This document shows positions 62,701 through 64,000 of a DNA stretch of 64,000 nucleotides, one piece after another. Under the pieces are notes generated by a model, which searched no databases, had not been told where the DNA came from, and worked only from the letters and a program-made list of their open reading frames with translations. This DNA comes from Nemertoderma westbladi. Taxonomy: Eukaryota; Animalia; Xenacoelomorpha. The translations under genes and the position numbers were made by a program. The stretch's first letter is position 1; each line of letters opens with the position of its first letter. The stretch spans positions 1 to 64,000 of the forward strand of contig JAUCBJ010008068.1 of NCBI GenBank assembly GCA_032718475.1. The letters run 5' to 3'.

Positions 62701-64000
62701 ACGCATACCCATGGGCTACACATGCCATGGGTTACACATACACATGGGCTACACATACCCAAAGGGCTACACATACCCATGGGCTACACATACCCATGGG
62801 CTATGAATACCCATGGGCTACGCATACCTATGGGCTACACATACCCATGGGCTATGCATACCGATGGGCTACACATACCCATGGGCTACGCATACCCATG
62901 GACAATGCATACCCATGGGCTATGCATACCCATGTGCTAAGCATACCTATGGGCTACACATACCCATGGGCTACACATACCCATGGGCTATGCATACCCA
63001 TGGGCTATGCATACCCATGGGCTCGCATCCCCATGGGCTACACATACCCAAAGGGATATGCATACCCATGGGCTACACATACCCATGGACTACACATACC
63101 CATGCGCTACACATACCCATGGGCTACACATACCCATGGACTACACATACCCATGCGCTACACATACCCATGGGCTACGAATACCCAAAGGGATTTGCAT
63201 ACCCATGGGCTACGCATACCCAAAGGGCTATGCATACCCATGGGCTACACATACCCATGGGCTATGCATACCCATGGGCTACACATACCCATGGGCCATA
63301 CATACCCATGGGCTACGTATACCCAAAGGGCTATGCATACCCATGCGCTACACACACCCATGGGCTACGCATACTCAAAGGAAGGGCAATGCATACCCAT
63401 GGGCTTCGCATACCCAAAGGGCTACGCATACCCATGGGCTATGCATACCAATGGGCTACACATACCCATGGGCTATGCATACACATGGGCTATGCATACC
63501 GATGGGCTACACATACCCATGGGATACACATACCCAAACGGCTACGCATACCCAAAGGGCTATGCATACACATGGGCTACACATAACCATGGGCTATGCA
63601 TACCCATGGGCTATGCATACCCATGGGCTACACATACACATGGGCTATGCATACCCAAAGGGCTACACATACCCATGCGCTACACATACCCATGGGCTAC
63701 GCAAACCCAAAGGGCTACGCAAACCCATGGGCTACACATACCCATGGGCTATGCATACCCATGGGCTACACATACCCATGGGCTATGCATACCCAAAGGG
63801 CTACACATACCCATGGGCTACACATACCCATGGGCTATGCATACCCATGGGATACGCATACCTATGGGCTACACATACCCATGAGCTATGCATACCCATG
63901 GGCTACGCATACCCATGGGCTATGCATACCCATGGGCTACACATACCCATGGGCTTTGCATACCCATGGGCTACTCATACCCATGGGCTGCGCATACCCA
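59795..64000. repeat. 17-bp near-palindromic satellite (TACCCATGGGCTAYRCA)n, about 245 units, runs off the window end
   Basis: 17-bp period read directly (e.g. 60661, 60678, 60695); CCCATGGG core; degenerate units. Confidence 0.97.

Noticed and set aside
59906-63884. His/Tyr/Pro-rich ORFs (MGYAYPWATHTHGL...)
   Set aside because: The same peptide cycles through all three frames because of the 17-bp period; TAA variants break it at random.

Overview
AT-rich animal (invertebrate-like) nuclear DNA, not prokaryotic. The window is the interior of one minus-strand, intron-rich extracellular-protein gene. I read 11 exons by hand, most of them missed or mis-framed by the ORF track. They splice in frame (about 1567 nt, about 522 aa) into: C-terminal half of an F-type-lectin/discoidin-like domain, a truncated spondin-type TSP1 repeat carrying a CRGDC motif, and nine calcium-binding EGF domains. 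Six EGFs are an unusual long-loop subtype amplified by exon+intron duplication. The latest step is a head-to-tail duplication (14874-19297 / 19298-52198) carrying two EGF exons. Its second copy gained a near-intact LINE and a HINE-like element, and holds about 440 units (24 kb) of a 54-bp minisatellite that has about 11 units in the first copy. The introns also hold many LINE relics, hAT, piggyBac and Helitron-type non-autonomous elements, a 21-bp AT array, and a 4.2-kb near-palindromic 17-bp satellite. The long repetitive ORFs in the track are satellite read-through. Gene start and end lie outside, or are not recognisable in, this window. All alignments and counts were done by eye.
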